Both the position numbers and the translations under genes were made by a program. A stretch of DNA of 51,523 nt, taken from contig CAITMG010000030.1 in assembly GCA_903893445.1 (NCBI GenBank), forward strand, positions 1 through 51,523, read 5' to 3'. The notes beneath the pieces were generated by a model that saw nothing but the letters and a program-made list of their open reading frames with translations, was not told the DNA's origin and did no database searches. This document shows, piece by piece, positions 51,383 through 51,523 of the stretch (its first letter is position 1; each line of letters begins with the position of its first letter). The DNA is from Candidatus Uhrbacteria bacterium (lineage in GTDB: Bacteria > Patescibacteriota > Patescibacteriia > 2-12-FULL-60-25).

Positions 51383-51413
51383 GTGGTGCATCAGATGCTA
51401 CAAAGCACGAACT
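51382..51413. repeat. 32-bp perfect direct repeat, right copy
   Basis: Identical to 48117-48148 and likewise placed directly next to a terminator hairpin. Confidence 0.9.
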
Positions 51414-51523
51414 TTCGCGGGCACCCAGCAGCACGATCGATCACGAGATTCGCCAGTCGAACTCGCTGCATGATTGTGGACATCTCGACTGACCCACATG
51501 TTCAGCGGCAAACGAGACCGAAA

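Overview
This 51.5-kb window looks like part of a small, gene-dense bacterial genome. All calls come from reading the sequence and the ORF track by eye; no homology search, RNA folding or GC statistics were run.

The gene content suggests a CPR/Patescibacteria-type organism, which is an inference. It rests on the short housekeeping operons, a DUF5654-like mini-protein, a free-standing four-helix-bundle (23S-IVS-type) gene and a DUF559 mini-cassette.

**Housekeeping backbone**
- dTTP module: dcd, a P-loop kinase, a ThyX-like gene and tmk.
- tRNA and translation genes: gatB, miaA-miaB, rpsP-KH-trmD, tsf-rpsB, prfA, rpmE, queA.
- Glycolytic block: eno, pgk, gap.
- Envelope and transport: a P-type ATPase, an ECF sigma/anti-sigma pair with a MacAB-like efflux operon, and a divergent htrA.
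- A YraN / methyltransferase / MBL / NUDIX / hydrolase run.
- tRNA-Glu(UUC), tRNA-Val(UAC) and one decayed tRNA-Val-like pseudogene.

**Accessory or unusual material**
1. A four-helix-bundle gene sits between inverted GTAGCT-type repeats inside the dTTP operon. Solo copies of the same repeat family lie at three other highly expressed loci.
2. A conserved extended-hairpin element of about 80 nt occurs in two copies.
3. A 486-bp DUF559 endonuclease cassette is bounded by 35-bp terminal inverted repeats.
4. A mosaic island next to tRNA-Glu (about 23.7-28.05 kb) holds a translationally coupled DUF3592-like membrane protein and PIF1/RecD-like helicase. It also holds a tandemly duplicated promoter-plus-gene unit with a coupled 53-aa hydrophobic peptide.
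5. An orphan 382-aa gene has a perfect 10+10 palindrome over its -35 box.
6. At the right end, a G+C-rich 3.3-kb segment is bracketed by perfect 32-bp direct repeats. It carries a KTSC gene, a 5'-truncated OLD-family (ATPase/Toprim) nuclease, a recombinase-like coiled-coil fragment and convergent mini membrane ORFs. This looks like a decayed mobile or defence cassette.
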